Positions 37,454-48,361 of a DNA stretch of 64,000 nt are shown one piece after another (position 1 is the first letter of the stretch; every line of letters starts with the position of its first letter). Where the stretch lies: positions 6,560,001 through 6,624,000 of the forward strand of contig OY762069.1 of assembly GCA_963665095.1 (NCBI GenBank), written 5' to 3'. The notes beneath the pieces are model-generated. The model worked only from the letters and a program-made list of their open reading frames with translations, was not told the origin of the DNA and searched no databases. A program made the position numbers and the translations under genes. The DNA comes from an uncultured Desulfobacter sp. Lineage in GTDB: Bacteria; Desulfobacterota; Desulfobacteria; Desulfobacterales; Desulfobacteraceae.

Positions 37454-40400
37454 TTGAAAAGATCTTTCAGCCAAATTTCACCGGAAAGTTTGCGAAGGAC
37501 CCTGTTTTTATATCTGGCGGCAAGTCTGTTCATTTTTTCACTGTTTTTAAGTCTGACCATTGCTAATCCCATTTATAAGCGGTTAAAAGAATCAGAAAAC
37601 AACAATGTTTACCATGATGTAGAGTTAAGGGCCATGGCCGTGAATGAGTGGGTCAGACGTGCCATGGACATCGCCATTCAAGTGACAAGCAGAACACGGA
37701 TCCGACAGGAACTTGAAAAATATAATAACAAGCAAATTACCTTAGCCCAGCTCAGAGCCTTTACGGAACCTAAATTATCAGATGCCATGAATATGTCGGC
37801 AGATATTGTCGGCATCACCCGCTTGGACAGCTCGGGGAATGTGGTGGCCCAATGTGGCGAAATTATTTCACCATCAACACCTTCAATTGATTATACTGTC
37901 CCCTTTGAGACGTCTGTATCGACGCCTGTTATCCAAAATGGTCGTCACGTGGCGGTTGTCAGTGCACCTATCAAAACTCGGTCAAAGGAATATATCGGTG
38001 CCGATTTAGTAGCAATTGACCTTTTTCAGTTAAAGAAAATTATTATCAGCAAAAGCGAATCCAAAAAAGATTATGAAACGATTTTGGGATACAGTTCGGG
38101 CGGTGCTGTTTTTAAAATGTTCACCGACATAGAAAGTGACAAGGTCAACGTTTTGCTGGAAAAGGCATTCAATGGCCAGAAGGGAATGGATGATCAATCC
38201 CCTGTTTTTGTTGCCGCATACCATTTCCTGGATATTGATAATTGGGGTCTCCTTATTTTGGAACACAAAGCAGACTTGTACAAAACGGTGAACACAAGGC
38301 TGCTCTACTGGGGGCTTACCTGTTTTTTTGTGTATATTGTATTTCTTGCCGGTTTCTGGCTGTTGATGAAACCCCTGGCAAACAGATTCCTGCTGCACTC
38401 AGATGAATTAAATGAAAAGATTAACGAACAAACCAGCCACCTTGAAGAAGAAATAAAAGAGCGGAAACGAACGGCGGCAGAACTGGAAAAAGTTATTTGG
38501 GAACACAGGCAGGCTGAAATCGCCCTTAGTGAAAGTGAAACAAGGCTGTCGCACATCATCATGGGAAGCCCGGTGCCCACGTTTGTTATTGATCGTGACC
38601 ATGTCATAACCCATTGGAATGCAGCACTTGAAAGGGTCAGCGGTATTACGGGACGTCGGATGGTGGGAACAAAGGATCAGTGGATGGCTTTCTATTCAGA
38701 GGAGAGGCCCGTGATGGCGGACCTGATCGTCGATAACGTCTCTGAAGAAAAAGTATCTGACTATTACAGCGGTATATTCAAAAAGTCTGAAAGCGTGGAA
38801 AATGCATATGAAGCGGAAGATTTTTTTCCTGCAATGGGCGAGCATGGGAAATGGCTGTTTTTCACGGCAGCCCCTCTGCGCAACAGTTCAGGAAAGATAA
38901 TTGGCGCAGTGGAGACGTTACAGGATACTTCGGCCCGCAAAAAAGCAGAGAAAGCCTTAAGGGAAAGTGAGGAGAAATACCGTCTGCTGGCCAACAATGT
39001 GACCGATATTATCTGGTCATTGGATATGGACCTGCGATATAGTTATATCAGTCCTTCCATTGAGAAAATGCGCGGATATACTCCGGAGGAAGTGATTGAA
39101 ATTCCAGTGGAAGATGCCTTTACTCCTGCTTCCTACCAAAGAATCGTTGACAGTTTTTTCAGTGAAATAAGTCTGGAATCTGAGCCGGGGGTGGCGAAAA
39201 ACAGATCCGTTGTTTTAGAGCTCGATATGCTTCATAGATCCGGGAAAATTATTCCTGTTGAGGTCAATGCTTCTTTTTTAAGAGATGAATCCGGTTCTCC
39301 AGCCGGAATCATCGGCATTACCCGTGATATTTCCGACCGTAAAAAGGCTGAACAGGCCCTTAGAGACAGTGAGTCAAAGTTCAGAAGCATATTTAATAAT
39401 AAAGGAACTGCAACCTGTCTTTTTGGCGAAGACGGCATTATTAGAGAGTGTAATCTGACATTTGAAGAACTCAGCGGATATCGGAAATCTCAGATTATAA
39501 ATAAGATGATATGGTCCGATTTTGTCCCGGAAGAACATATTGAAAGGATGCAGAAATACCATGATCAACGCTTCCGGGGAATCGGTTTTCCTCCGTCACA
39601 ATACGAAACTGGCTTCCTTAACAGGGCTGGTGAGGTTAAAACAGTTATCGTCAACATCAGTTTAGTCGGAAAGGAACGAATTATTTCTGTGACGGATATC
39701 ACGGAGCGGAAGCTGGCAGAGACAGAGAATGAAAACCTGCATAAAAAATTAGCACAGGCGCAGAAAATGGAAGCCATGGGGTCTCTGGCAGGTGGCATCG
39801 CCCATGATTTTAACAACATTCTTGGCGCGATTATCGGGTACACCGAACTGGCAAAAATGGACAGGGTTGACAGTGAGAAGAAAAACAAACATCTTAATCG
39901 GGTATTAATGGCTGCAGATCGGGCAAAGGAGCTTGTTCACCAGATACTCACATTCAGCAGGCAGACAGAACAGGAAGTTAAACCGCTGAAGGTCGGGCCG
40001 ATTATAAAAGAAGTCCTTCAGCTTATCAGAGCGTCCTTACCTTCAACCATAGCGATCCAAAGCGATATCAACAGTGAGTCTCTTATCATGGGGGACCAGA
40101 CCCAAATTCACCAGGTCATTCTCAACCTTTGCACCAATGCCGGGCATGCCATGCAAGAGGAGGGGGGGACATTATATGTAAACCTCATGGAGGAACGGCT
40201 TGATTCTGATTTTACCGGGAACCTACCTGACTTATCTGCCGGTGATTATGTGAAAATTGAGGTGAAAGACACGGGTCACGGTATTCCGCCAGAGTTGATT
40301 GAACGCCTGTTTGAGCCGTTTTTTACCACAAAGGGTCCTGGTGAAGGAACAGGAATGGGACTGGCCGTCGTACACGGTATCGTAAAAAGCATGAAAGGTG

Positions 40401-40888
40401 AAATTGTGGTTGAAAGTTCCTTGGAAAAGGGGAGCGCCTTCAGTGTCTATCTCCCTGTTGTTCAGGATATGGAGGAGACGGATGCGCCAAAACAGGATGA
40501 GCTGGCTAAAGGCAGCGGGCATATTCTTTTTGTTGATGATGAACCGACTCTGGTGGACATTGGAGAAATATTGCTGAACGAACTGGGGTATACCGTGACG
40601 ACAAGAACCAGCGGGATTGAGGCGCTGGAAGCATTTAAATCCAACCCGGATAGATTCGACCTGGTACTGACAGATATGACAATGCCCCAGATGACAGGAG
40701 AAAGCCTGGCCAGGGAGATAATTTCAATCCGAAAAGACATTCCCATTATCATCAGCACTGGGTTCAGTTCAGTCATGACTGAAGAAAAGGCGCGAAAACT
40801 GGGCGTGAAGGGCCTCCTAATGAAGCCGTTTGTTTTATCGGAGCTTGCAGGCGTGATTCGTGATGTCCTGGATGGAAAAAATGAATAA
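37454..40888 (+). CDS. membrane hybrid sensor histidine kinase (periplasmic sensor, 3 PAS, HisKA, HATPase, REC)
   Basis: AGGIAHDFNNIL, NLCTNA, PFFTTK..G.GTGMGL, FVDDE, DMTMP. GGAGG precedes TTG 37454. Confidence 0.95.
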   Translation: MKRSFSQISPESLRRTLFLYLAASLFIFSLFLSLTIANPIYKRLKESENNNVYHDVELRAMAVNEWVRRAMDIAIQVTSRTRIRQELEKYNNKQITLAQLRAFTEPKLSDAMNMSADIVGITRLDSSGNVVAQCGEIISPSTPSIDYTVPFETSVSTPVIQNGRHVAVVSAPIKTRSKEYIGADLVAIDLFQLKKIIISKSESKKDYETILGYSSGGAVFKMFTDIESDKVNVLLEKAFNGQKGMDDQSPVFVAAYHFLDIDNWGLLILEHKADLYKTVNTRLLYWGLTCFFVYIVFLAGFWLLMKPLANRFLLHSDELNEKINEQTSHLEEEIKERKRTAAELEKVIWEHRQAEIALSESETRLSHIIMGSPVPTFVIDRDHVITHWNAALERVSGITGRRMVGTKDQWMAFYSEERPVMADLIVDNVSEEKVSDYYSGIFKKSESVENAYEAEDFFPAMGEHGKWLFFTAAPLRNSSGKIIGAVETLQDTSARKKAEKALRESEEKYRLLANNVTDIIWSLDMDLRYSYISPSIEKMRGYTPEEVIEIPVEDAFTPASYQRIVDSFFSEISLESEPGVAKNRSVVLELDMLHRSGKIIPVEVNASFLRDESGSPAGIIGITRDISDRKKAEQALRDSESKFRSIFNNKGTATCLFGEDGIIRECNLTFEELSGYRKSQIINKMIWSDFVPEEHIERMQKYHDQRFRGIGFPPSQYETGFLNRAGEVKTVIVNISLVGKERIISVTDITERKLAETENENLHKKLAQAQKMEAMGSLAGGIAHDFNNILGAIIGYTELAKMDRVDSEKKNKHLNRVLMAADRAKELVHQILTFSRQTEQEVKPLKVGPIIKEVLQLIRASLPSTIAIQSDINSESLIMGDQTQIHQVILNLCTNAGHAMQEEGGTLYVNLMEERLDSDFTGNLPDLSAGDYVKIEVKDTGHGIPPELIERLFEPFFTTKGPGEGTGMGLAVVHGIVKSMKGEIVVESSLEKGSAFSVYLPVVQDMEETDAPKQDELAKGSGHILFVDDEPTLVDIGEILLNELGYTVTTRTSGIEALEAFKSNPDRFDLVLTDMTMPQMTGESLAREIISIRKDIPIIISTGFSSVMTEEKARKLGVKGLLMKPFVLSELAGVIRDVLDGKNE

Positions 40889-40924
40889 TCCTGTTGCGCC
40901 TCCCTACCCGGGAAAAAGGGATAT

Positions 40925-42481
40925 ATGTCAGCTATGAAAAAATTATTTTTTATACGCAACAGCATGCTGGCTGGCAATTTGTCTGCTGGTTTATTCGGGC
41001 TGGGTGCTTTTTTTGCCATCGAAGGATTAGGGGTTGCACTTACGCCGGGTAAGGTGGCTCCGGCATTGCTTCAAATCCACCTGATTTGCTTTGGCATTGC
41101 TTTTCTGGTTCAGATCGGCGTGTCCCTGTATTATGAAAGCCCCATACGCAGATTTTGGTACAAAGGTAAAAATATCCAAGATGCCGATCCTTCTGAAAAA
41201 ATGGTGTGCCGGAAACGGCTTTTAAACGAGCCTTTTTCTCTACTTATCATAGATATGCTGACATGGCTTCTGGCTGCCATGCTTCATGCCCTGGTCTTTT
41301 ATCTTAAAGGCGTAACCGGCACTTTTTTAATTCGGATATGCTGCCAGATCCTTTTGGTAGGGTTTTTTACCACGACCATGGCTTTTTTTGTGCTGGAGTG
41401 GATTCTGACCTCCCGTCTGGTGTATATTTTTTTCCCCAATGGGGGCCTGCACAAAGTCCCCGGCACCTTCCGGATCAAGATCAGCACCCGCCTGACTGCC
41501 CTGCTGGTGGGTATCAGCATAATTCCCCTGACAGCCTTTTCCCTGATGAGTTTGTCCACAAATTCCTCGCCTTTGCCTGCAGATGAACTCATTGTAGTTT
41601 TCCGCAGAGCCGTTCAATATAACGCAGCCGGGTTTCTGCTGGAAGGAATCCTTCTGGTCTGGTTGGTTGGCGCCAGCTTAACGCGTCCTTTTTCTGACAT
41701 CATCCGGCAGGTGTCCCGGATCAGCAACGGTGAGTTTACCGGCCGGATACCCGTTAAGACCAACGATGAGATTGGATACACGTCTGAAATCATCAATGAA
41801 ATGTCCGAAGGCCTGCTGGAGCGTGAACTCATCAAAGATGCCTTTGGCAGATACGTCTCCACGGATATCCGGGACGCTGTGCTGTCCGGCGCCATTCCCC
41901 TGGACGGTGAGCAAAAGGACGTCACGGTCCTGTTTGCGGATCTGGCGGATTTTTCCTCGCTGATCGAAAATCATGACCCCAAGCAGTCCGTCGTCATGAT
42001 GAACCGATATTTTACGGAAATGGACCGGGCTGTAAAAGCGAATAACGGGCTTGTCCTTCAGTTTATCGGAGATGAAATATATGCGGTATTCGGTGCGCCC
42101 ATGGCAGATCCTGACCACCCGGCCCATGCCGTCAATGCCGCATTGAAAATGGAACAGAATCTGGCCCGTTTGAATCAACAGTTTGAGGCTGAGGGGCTGC
42201 CAAGGCTTTGCCATAGGATTGGCGTCCACTCGGGCAGCGCCCTTGCCGCCAACATGGGAAGCCCGGACCGGATGTCCTATTTGCTGGTGGGAAATACCGT
42301 AAACATAGCCTCCCGGCTACAGGAACTCAATAAAACCTATGATACCCGGATATTAATGTCCGGAAGAACTCATGACAAACTCTCCTCTGGCGTTCTTGCC
42401 GCCATGGACTGTGTCCCTTTGGGAGAGGCTTCAGTAAAAGGCATTACGAATAAAATTCCGGTTTATTCCCTCTCCTGCTAA
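40925..42481 (+). CDS. membrane class III nucleotidyl cyclase with HAMP domain
   Basis: TM helices, DEIG (HAMP), VLFADL..F, F.GD...AVFGAP, RIGVHSG, G.TVN.ASRL, VKG. Confidence 0.92.
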   Translation: MSAMKKLFFIRNSMLAGNLSAGLFGLGAFFAIEGLGVALTPGKVAPALLQIHLICFGIAFLVQIGVSLYYESPIRRFWYKGKNIQDADPSEKMVCRKRLLNEPFSLLIIDMLTWLLAAMLHALVFYLKGVTGTFLIRICCQILLVGFFTTTMAFFVLEWILTSRLVYIFFPNGGLHKVPGTFRIKISTRLTALLVGISIIPLTAFSLMSLSTNSSPLPADELIVVFRRAVQYNAAGFLLEGILLVWLVGASLTRPFSDIIRQVSRISNGEFTGRIPVKTNDEIGYTSEIINEMSEGLLERELIKDAFGRYVSTDIRDAVLSGAIPLDGEQKDVTVLFADLADFSSLIENHDPKQSVVMMNRYFTEMDRAVKANNGLVLQFIGDEIYAVFGAPMADPDHPAHAVNAALKMEQNLARLNQQFEAEGLPRLCHRIGVHSGSALAANMGSPDRMSYLLVGNTVNIASRLQELNKTYDTRILMSGRTHDKLSSGVLAAMDCVPLGEASVKGITNKIPVYSLSC

Positions 42482-42537
42482 AATTTTAAACTCCCTCAAT
42501 ATTGAGTCCGGAACCGGGCTGGGGATTGGGAGTAGGA

Positions 42538-42569
42538 ACGACGGTTTTCACCAATGGGAAAACCGTCGT
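42538..42569. terminator. hairpin between convergent genes
   Basis: ACGACGGTTTTC-accaatgg-GAAAACCGTCGT. Confidence 0.7.
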
Positions 42570-42581
42570 GTGAATTTATGC

Positions 42582-43886
42582 TTAATGTGAATTTAAATAA
42601 TCAACCGCCAGATTGGCCATGGCCTTTACGCCAATGACCAGGGCTTTTTCGTCCGAATCAAAATAGGGGGAATGATTGGGATAGAATTTAGCATCCTTGG
42701 CTCTGGTTCCCAGGACAAAGAACATGGCGGGTATCTTTTCTGTGTAAAATGCAAAATCTTCAGCCCCAGTGACCGGGGTTTGAATAAAGCAGTGCTCTTT
42801 GCCTACAATGCCCTGAAGCGTCGGGACCATTGCACGGGTCAGCTCCACATTATTAAAGGTGACAGGCGTGCCCTTGTTGATCTTGACTTCAGCTGTTGCG
42901 CCGGAAGCTTTGGCAATGTTCTCTGCCCGCTGCGTGATTTTTGCGTGGAGCAGTTCCCTGATGGAAGGATCCAATGCCCGGATGGTACCAACCATTTCTA
43001 CTTCAGACGGGACAATGTTGTTGCGCACACCACCGGAAATTTTTCCCACGGTAATGACTGCTGCTGATGTGGTCAGATTCGCTTCCCGGCTGACAATGGT
43101 CTGCAGTCCCAGAATAATCTGGGCGGACACCACGACAGGGTCAACACCAAACCAGGGCATGCCGCCGTGGCATTGCTTGCCTGTTACCTTGATTTCAAAC
43201 GTGTCTGCGCTTGCCAGAAGACCTCCCTCACGGTAACTGATGGTGCCGGACGGGGTCGGGAATACATGCAAACCGAAAATAGCATCTACATCCGGGTTTT
43301 TGAGTACGCCCTCGGCTATCATCAGATCCGCACCGCCCTCTTCCCCGACAGGAGATCCTTCTTCAGCAGGCTGGAAGATAAATTTGACTGTCCCGGGCAG
43401 TTTGTCTTTTAACTGACTTAATACGGATGCCGCACCAAGTAATATGGCCATATGATTATCGTGCCCGCAGGCGTGCATGATATCGACTTCCTTGCCGTTG
43501 TATTCCCCTTTAGCCTTGGATGCAAAGGGAAGCCCTGTCAGTTCTTTGACCGGCAGTGCGTCCATATCAGCGCGGAGCCCTACAACGGGGCCATCCTTTT
43601 TCCCGCGCAGGATGCCCACCACGCCCGTATGGGCAATACCGGTCTGAACTTCCATGCCCATTTTCGTCAGCAGCTCTGCAATTATCTTGCTGGTTCTGAA
43701 TTCCCGGTTGGAAAGCTCTGGATTCTGATGAAAGTCGCGCCGCCATTCAATTACTTTGGGTTCAACAGTGGCAGCCAGTGTCTTAATTTCACCGGAAAGG
43801 ACCCCGGCATCAGAAATAGCCGAAAATCCACCTGATACCAGACTCAATGCCACAATTGCCACAAAAAAATATCTGCGTCCCCACAT
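42582..43886 (-). CDS. M20D family amidohydrolase with signal peptide
   Basis: H.NPELS.RE, RADMDALP, MHACGHD, FQPAEEG, GLH, AEDF, NHSP.F. Confidence 0.95.
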   Translation of the reverse strand: MWGRRYFFVAIVALSLVSGGFSAISDAGVLSGEIKTLAATVEPKVIEWRRDFHQNPELSNREFRTSKIIAELLTKMGMEVQTGIAHTGVVGILRGKKDGPVVGLRADMDALPVKELTGLPFASKAKGEYNGKEVDIMHACGHDNHMAILLGAASVLSQLKDKLPGTVKFIFQPAEEGSPVGEEGGADLMIAEGVLKNPDVDAIFGLHVFPTPSGTISYREGGLLASADTFEIKVTGKQCHGGMPWFGVDPVVVSAQIILGLQTIVSREANLTTSAAVITVGKISGGVRNNIVPSEVEMVGTIRALDPSIRELLHAKITQRAENIAKASGATAEVKINKGTPVTFNNVELTRAMVPTLQGIVGKEHCFIQTPVTGAEDFAFYTEKIPAMFFVLGTRAKDAKFYPNHSPYFDSDEKALVIGVKAMANLAVDYLNSH

Positions 43887-44160
43887 AATAATTCTCCTTT
43901 ACAACACATAAACAGTTAATAGAAAATTGATTCGGGAATTCTTTATATTTCAAAGAGTTCAAATCCCCCAGCCCGTGAATCATGTACGATAGGATCTCGG
44001 CTTTGTCAATGGCAACTTCTTGATGATATCAGGGGGCGCAGATCCCCCTTTTAACAGTTGATGTTTTTCGTAATTGCATATGTCGATATTGACATATCGG
44101 TCTGGTGTGATAGAACGCAGGTATCCTTTTGACGGAACACTTGAAAAGGGAAGAAAATGC

Positions 44161-44871
44161 ATGGGTAATATTGATATGCTGCATTCATACGACAGAATAG
44201 ACAGACTTATTGAATACAATGAGAATTTAGAAAAACAGATGGATCTGATTCAACTCAACGAGCGCGTCATTGAATCAAATCTTGAGGATTTGGAATCCAT
44301 ACTGACTGTTTCTGACAGCATTGAAAAATATTCTTTATGCAGACTGACGGAATTAACGCTGTCCTGTGTGGAGAACTATTCAAATAATTATTGCATCACC
44401 GAGGTTGGGGACTTTTTGATTAATCCGCGCCTCATACTTGTTCATGTCAGAGGAGAGGCCAGGCCGGTTATAAAAGAGAGGCATACACGATTATCAGACC
44501 AGTTCAAAGACAGAGCATGTGAGAACTGCCCCGTCACTGAATGGCTCAGGCTTAATACCATGACTGAAACAGTCAAAAAGCCAATCCTGCCCCATTTGCT
44601 GGATCTGCTAAAAAAAAATTGTTGCCCTGAAGAATACATCACATCAGTTAAAAAAAGAATGAATTCAATCATTGACCTTCTCAGCCATCTCCACATGGGA
44701 GGCATACACCGGGAAATGAATATTGAAGCGTGGAAATCCTCACTGGGCGAAAATGACAGGATAATGCTGGCGGAGCTTTTTTTAAAATTTGATACTACTG
44801 TTTTTGATGCTTTAGGCGAAAAAATACGAGGGATGTATCAAACCGACCAGCTCTGTCAAAGTTTGTCATAG
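44161..44871 (+). CDS. hypothetical protein
   Basis: 236-aa ORF with an N-terminal coiled-coil-like segment; no recognised family. Confidence 0.7.
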   Translation: MGNIDMLHSYDRIDRLIEYNENLEKQMDLIQLNERVIESNLEDLESILTVSDSIEKYSLCRLTELTLSCVENYSNNYCITEVGDFLINPRLILVHVRGEARPVIKERHTRLSDQFKDRACENCPVTEWLRLNTMTETVKKPILPHLLDLLKKNCCPEEYITSVKKRMNSIIDLLSHLHMGGIHREMNIEAWKSSLGENDRIMLAELFLKFDTTVFDALGEKIRGMYQTDQLCQSLS

Positions 44872-45046
44872 GTCCCAATCTGCCCGAAACCTGCCTGGCA
44901 GATCGCTACCTGATATTTTTATTTTTCCGGCCTATGTTGACAAGAAGTCTTCTCCTATTCTATATCCTATTATCCTGAATTCGTATTAAAAATGATTTTC
45001 GCTTGCGACAGTTCAATGGACATGATTTCATGGGGAGGTTGAAGAG

Positions 45047-47815
45047 GTGATGCTCAAATCGCTGAGATCAAGAATACTGGTAATCGTTATCTCTGTGATG
45101 GTTTCAACAATTGCGGGCATTGCGTTTTTTGTTCAAAAAGAGGTCATCACCACCCTGTCTGAAGTCTACGATGACAGTGTGAAAAATCTTTTGAATTCAG
45201 TCGTTCTGAATGTTGAAAATCAGTATAAAAGCCTGCTTTTTCAAAAAAAGACCTCCCTTGATATAAGAAAAACCGACAGCAAACATATTGTCACCACAGC
45301 ATTTGGGGTGATTGAAGAATTATATCACAAACAGCAGCAGGGGGTTCTTTCCGAACAGCAGGCCATGGACCAGGCCAAATCCTATCTTCGGAGCATGCGA
45401 TACAACAACGGTGTGGGGTATATCTGGATTAACGATATGGGGCGGCCAATCCCCAGAATGATTATGCATGGCGCCATGCCGGAACTCGATGGTCAGATCT
45501 TTGACGATCCAAAATACAATTGTGCCCTTGGAATCAAAAAAAATTTGCTCCAGGCATTCATGGAAACCTGTCTGGAACATGGACAGGGTTATGTGGACTA
45601 CCAGTGGCCCAAACCCACCCAGAGTGGTGTAACAATGTTCCAGCCGAAAATTTCATATGTACGCCTGTTCAAACCATGGAACTGGGTTGTGGGAACCGGT
45701 GTCTATTTTGAAGATATTGAAGCGGATTCGCAAAAAAGACTGGATGCCATTATCCTGGAACTTAAGCAGACCATTTCCAGTGTTCATTTTTTTAAAACCG
45801 GGTATATGTTTATTTTCAACCGTGAGAAACAGATCCTGGTTCATCCTGTTCTTTCCGGTTCTGACGGCAGCGTTCTTAAGGATTCCAGGACCAGCTCCCC
45901 TCTTCTGGACAATCTGATCCATGCATCGAAAACACCTGAAAAGCCCTATGAGTATTTATGGAGTAAAAATTTGCAGGACAGGGGAGAGATCAAACACTTA
46001 AAACGGGCATATGTCAGGTATTTTGAACCCATGGGCTGGTATATTGCCTGTTCCGTATATGTGGATGAGGTGGAGGCGGTTTCACATGCACTTGTCACCT
46101 ATATTCTCACCCTTTCGGGCTTCTTTGTTCTGGCCGCCATTCTTTTTTCGGTTTTTATTTCCAGAACCCTGACAAAGCCCTTAAGTGAGCTGATGTTTTC
46201 TGCAGAACGGATTGAAAGGCAGGGGGTATTTTCCGGAAAAATGCCCGTCACCGGAACAATTGAAACCAAGGCTCTGGGGACTATTTTAAATAAGATGATG
46301 GATTCCATCAGTGCCTCGGTCAATGAAAAGGAAAATTTGCTGACGGCGCTGAAGGATGCACACGATGAGCTGGAGCAAAGGGTGCATGACCGCACCAATG
46401 ACCTTGAAAAAGCCAATCAGGATCTGGTGGATGCCAAGGAAAAAGCCGAGGTTGCCAATAAGTCCAAAAGCGTGTTCCTGGCAAACATGTCCCATGAAAT
46501 CCGTACGCCCATGAACGCCATCCTGGGCCATGCCCAGATCATGGCCAGGGATAAGACGATGACGGTCCAGCAGCAAAAAGGTGTGGCTGCGATCAATCGG
46601 AGCGGAGAACATTTACTCAACCTGATCAACGATGTGCTGGATATGTCAAAAATTGAGGCCGGAAAGATAAAAATTCTTAAGTCGTCCTTTCGGCTTCATT
46701 CATTGGTTGGTGAAATAGGGGAGATGTTCCGGATTCGGATGGACCAGAAAAATCTGCAGTTCGAAACCTTTTTGTCCCCGGATCTGCCTGATCTGATCAG
46801 GGCGGATGAGGGACGGGTAAGGCAGATCATCCTTAATCTTGTGGGAAATGCCGTCAAGTTTACGGATCAAGGGGGTATCATCATAAAGGCGTCCTTGGAG
46901 GACCGGTTCATAAAAATCGTTGTTTCAGATACAGGGTACGGCATCCCCGAAGAGAGTCTGGAGACAATTTTTCAAGCCTTTGAGCAGTCGGAAAAGGGGA
47001 TGCAGACAGCAGGGGGCACAGGCTTAGGACTCGCAATCAGCCGGCAGATGGCAAGGCTCATGGGAGGTGACATCGTTGTCGAGAGCACTGTGGGGAAAGG
47101 GTCACGCTTTTTTTTCACCTTTGAATTCACACAAGGGGATAAACAAGAGATCTCAAGCAACCTGCCTGAACGGCATGTAATAAAAATCGCTCCAGGACAT
47201 GATAAGATTAAAGTGCTTGTGGTGGATGACAGAGAGGAGAACAGGCAAATTGTCAAACTGATGCTTGAGCCACTAGACTTTATTCTTACCGAAGCGGTCA
47301 ATGGAAAGGAGGCAGTTGAGATATTTAAGGCCTGGAAACCTCAAGTTATTATCATGGATGTGGTCATGCCGGTGATGGACGGCGTTGAAGCGACAAACCA
47401 GATCAGAGCCCATGAAGACGGTGCTGATACCTTTATTCTTGTACTCAGTGCCAGCGCTCTGGATCAGGAAAGGGAGCAGGTAATGAAAAACGGGGCGGAC
47501 GTCTTCATGAAAAAACCCTTTAAAGCCGCGAAACTTCTTGAACAGATCCGTATTCACACCGGAATTGAATATGAGTATGAAGAAATCCAGGGCCAGAGCA
47601 GGCCATGTGACACAGAGAAGTTCGATCCCAAAACCATTGCAGCGCTGCCCATGTCGATCAGAAATGAAATAAAGGATGCGGCGGTTCTGGGGAAAATGGA
47701 CGAACTTGAGGATCTGGTTTCCCGGATCAGTGATATCGATACGGGAATTGCTGCGCATTTAAAAGGGCTTGTGGAGGATTTTGAGTTGGAAATAATTCAG
47801 AATCTTTTTACTTAA
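45047..47815 (+). CDS. Cache-domain hybrid sensor histidine kinase
   Basis: Two Cache-like repeats, [31 protein letters not shown], and REC with MDVVMP. Confidence 0.95.
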   Translation: MMLKSLRSRILVIVISVMVSTIAGIAFFVQKEVITTLSEVYDDSVKNLLNSVVLNVENQYKSLLFQKKTSLDIRKTDSKHIVTTAFGVIEELYHKQQQGVLSEQQAMDQAKSYLRSMRYNNGVGYIWINDMGRPIPRMIMHGAMPELDGQIFDDPKYNCALGIKKNLLQAFMETCLEHGQGYVDYQWPKPTQSGVTMFQPKISYVRLFKPWNWVVGTGVYFEDIEADSQKRLDAIILELKQTISSVHFFKTGYMFIFNREKQILVHPVLSGSDGSVLKDSRTSSPLLDNLIHASKTPEKPYEYLWSKNLQDRGEIKHLKRAYVRYFEPMGWYIACSVYVDEVEAVSHALVTYILTLSGFFVLAAILFSVFISRTLTKPLSELMFSAERIERQGVFSGKMPVTGTIETKALGTILNKMMDSISASVNEKENLLTALKDAHDELEQRVHDRTNDLEKANQDLVDAKEKAEVANKSKSVFLANMSHEIRTPMNAILGHAQIMARDKTMTVQQQKGVAAINRSGEHLLNLINDVLDMSKIEAGKIKILKSSFRLHSLVGEIGEMFRIRMDQKNLQFETFLSPDLPDLIRADEGRVRQIILNLVGNAVKFTDQGGIIIKASLEDRFIKIVVSDTGYGIPEESLETIFQAFEQSEKGMQTAGGTGLGLAISRQMARLMGGDIVVESTVGKGSRFFFTFEFTQGDKQEISSNLPERHVIKIAPGHDKIKVLVVDDREENRQIVKLMLEPLDFILTEAVNGKEAVEIFKAWKPQVIIMDVVMPVMDGVEATNQIRAHEDGADTFILVLSASALDQEREQVMKNGADVFMKKPFKAAKLLEQIRIHTGIEYEYEEIQGQSRPCDTEKFDPKTIAALPMSIRNEIKDAAVLGKMDELEDLVSRISDIDTGIAAHLKGLVEDFELEIIQNLFT

Positions 47816-47839
47816 ATTACAAATCAGGTAAGGGGTGGA

Positions 47840-48319
47840 ATGAACATGGAACAGATGAAAGGCGAATTACTGATTGTTGACGATAATCCTGAAAATCTGC
47901 GTGTGCTCAATTCAATGCTCAAACAGGAAGGATATAGTGTCCGGGCGGCAAAGAACGCCAAACAGGCGCTGGCAAGTATTGACAGCTCTGAACCGGACCT
48001 GATGCTTCTTGATGTCCATATGCCGGAAATGGACGGCTTTGAGCTGTGTCAGCAGATTAAAGCCCGATCTGAGTTTCATAATCTTCCGATTATTTTTTTA
48101 AGCGCCCTGAATGACACGTTTAATAAAAAGCAGGGGTTTGACGCAGGCGCGGTGGATTACATGACCAAACCCTTTGATGTTGAGGAGGTAAAGATCAGGA
48201 TCAGAACCCATCTTGAGCTTAAGGCCAGCCTGATGGAACTGGATCACCTTAAACAGGAAATCGCCAAAAGAGATAAAGAGATAGAAACATTGAAGAAAAG
48301 ACTGAATACAGTTTCGTGA
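47840..48319 (+). CDS. response regulator (REC plus coiled coil)
   Basis: LIVDD, LLDVHMP.MDG, IFLSA, TKPF. Confidence 0.93.
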   Translation: MNMEQMKGELLIVDDNPENLRVLNSMLKQEGYSVRAAKNAKQALASIDSSEPDLMLLDVHMPEMDGFELCQQIKARSEFHNLPIIFLSALNDTFNKKQGFDAGAVDYMTKPFDVEEVKIRIRTHLELKASLMELDHLKQEIAKRDKEIETLKKRLNTVS

Positions 48320-48361
48320 ATAAATCAATCCTATATCGGCAAATACGAAAGGAAGTGTGGA

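Noticed and set aside
40925..42481. Pycsar defence system
   Set aside because: TM-HAMP-cyclase signalling architecture, with no adjacent cNMP-binding effector.
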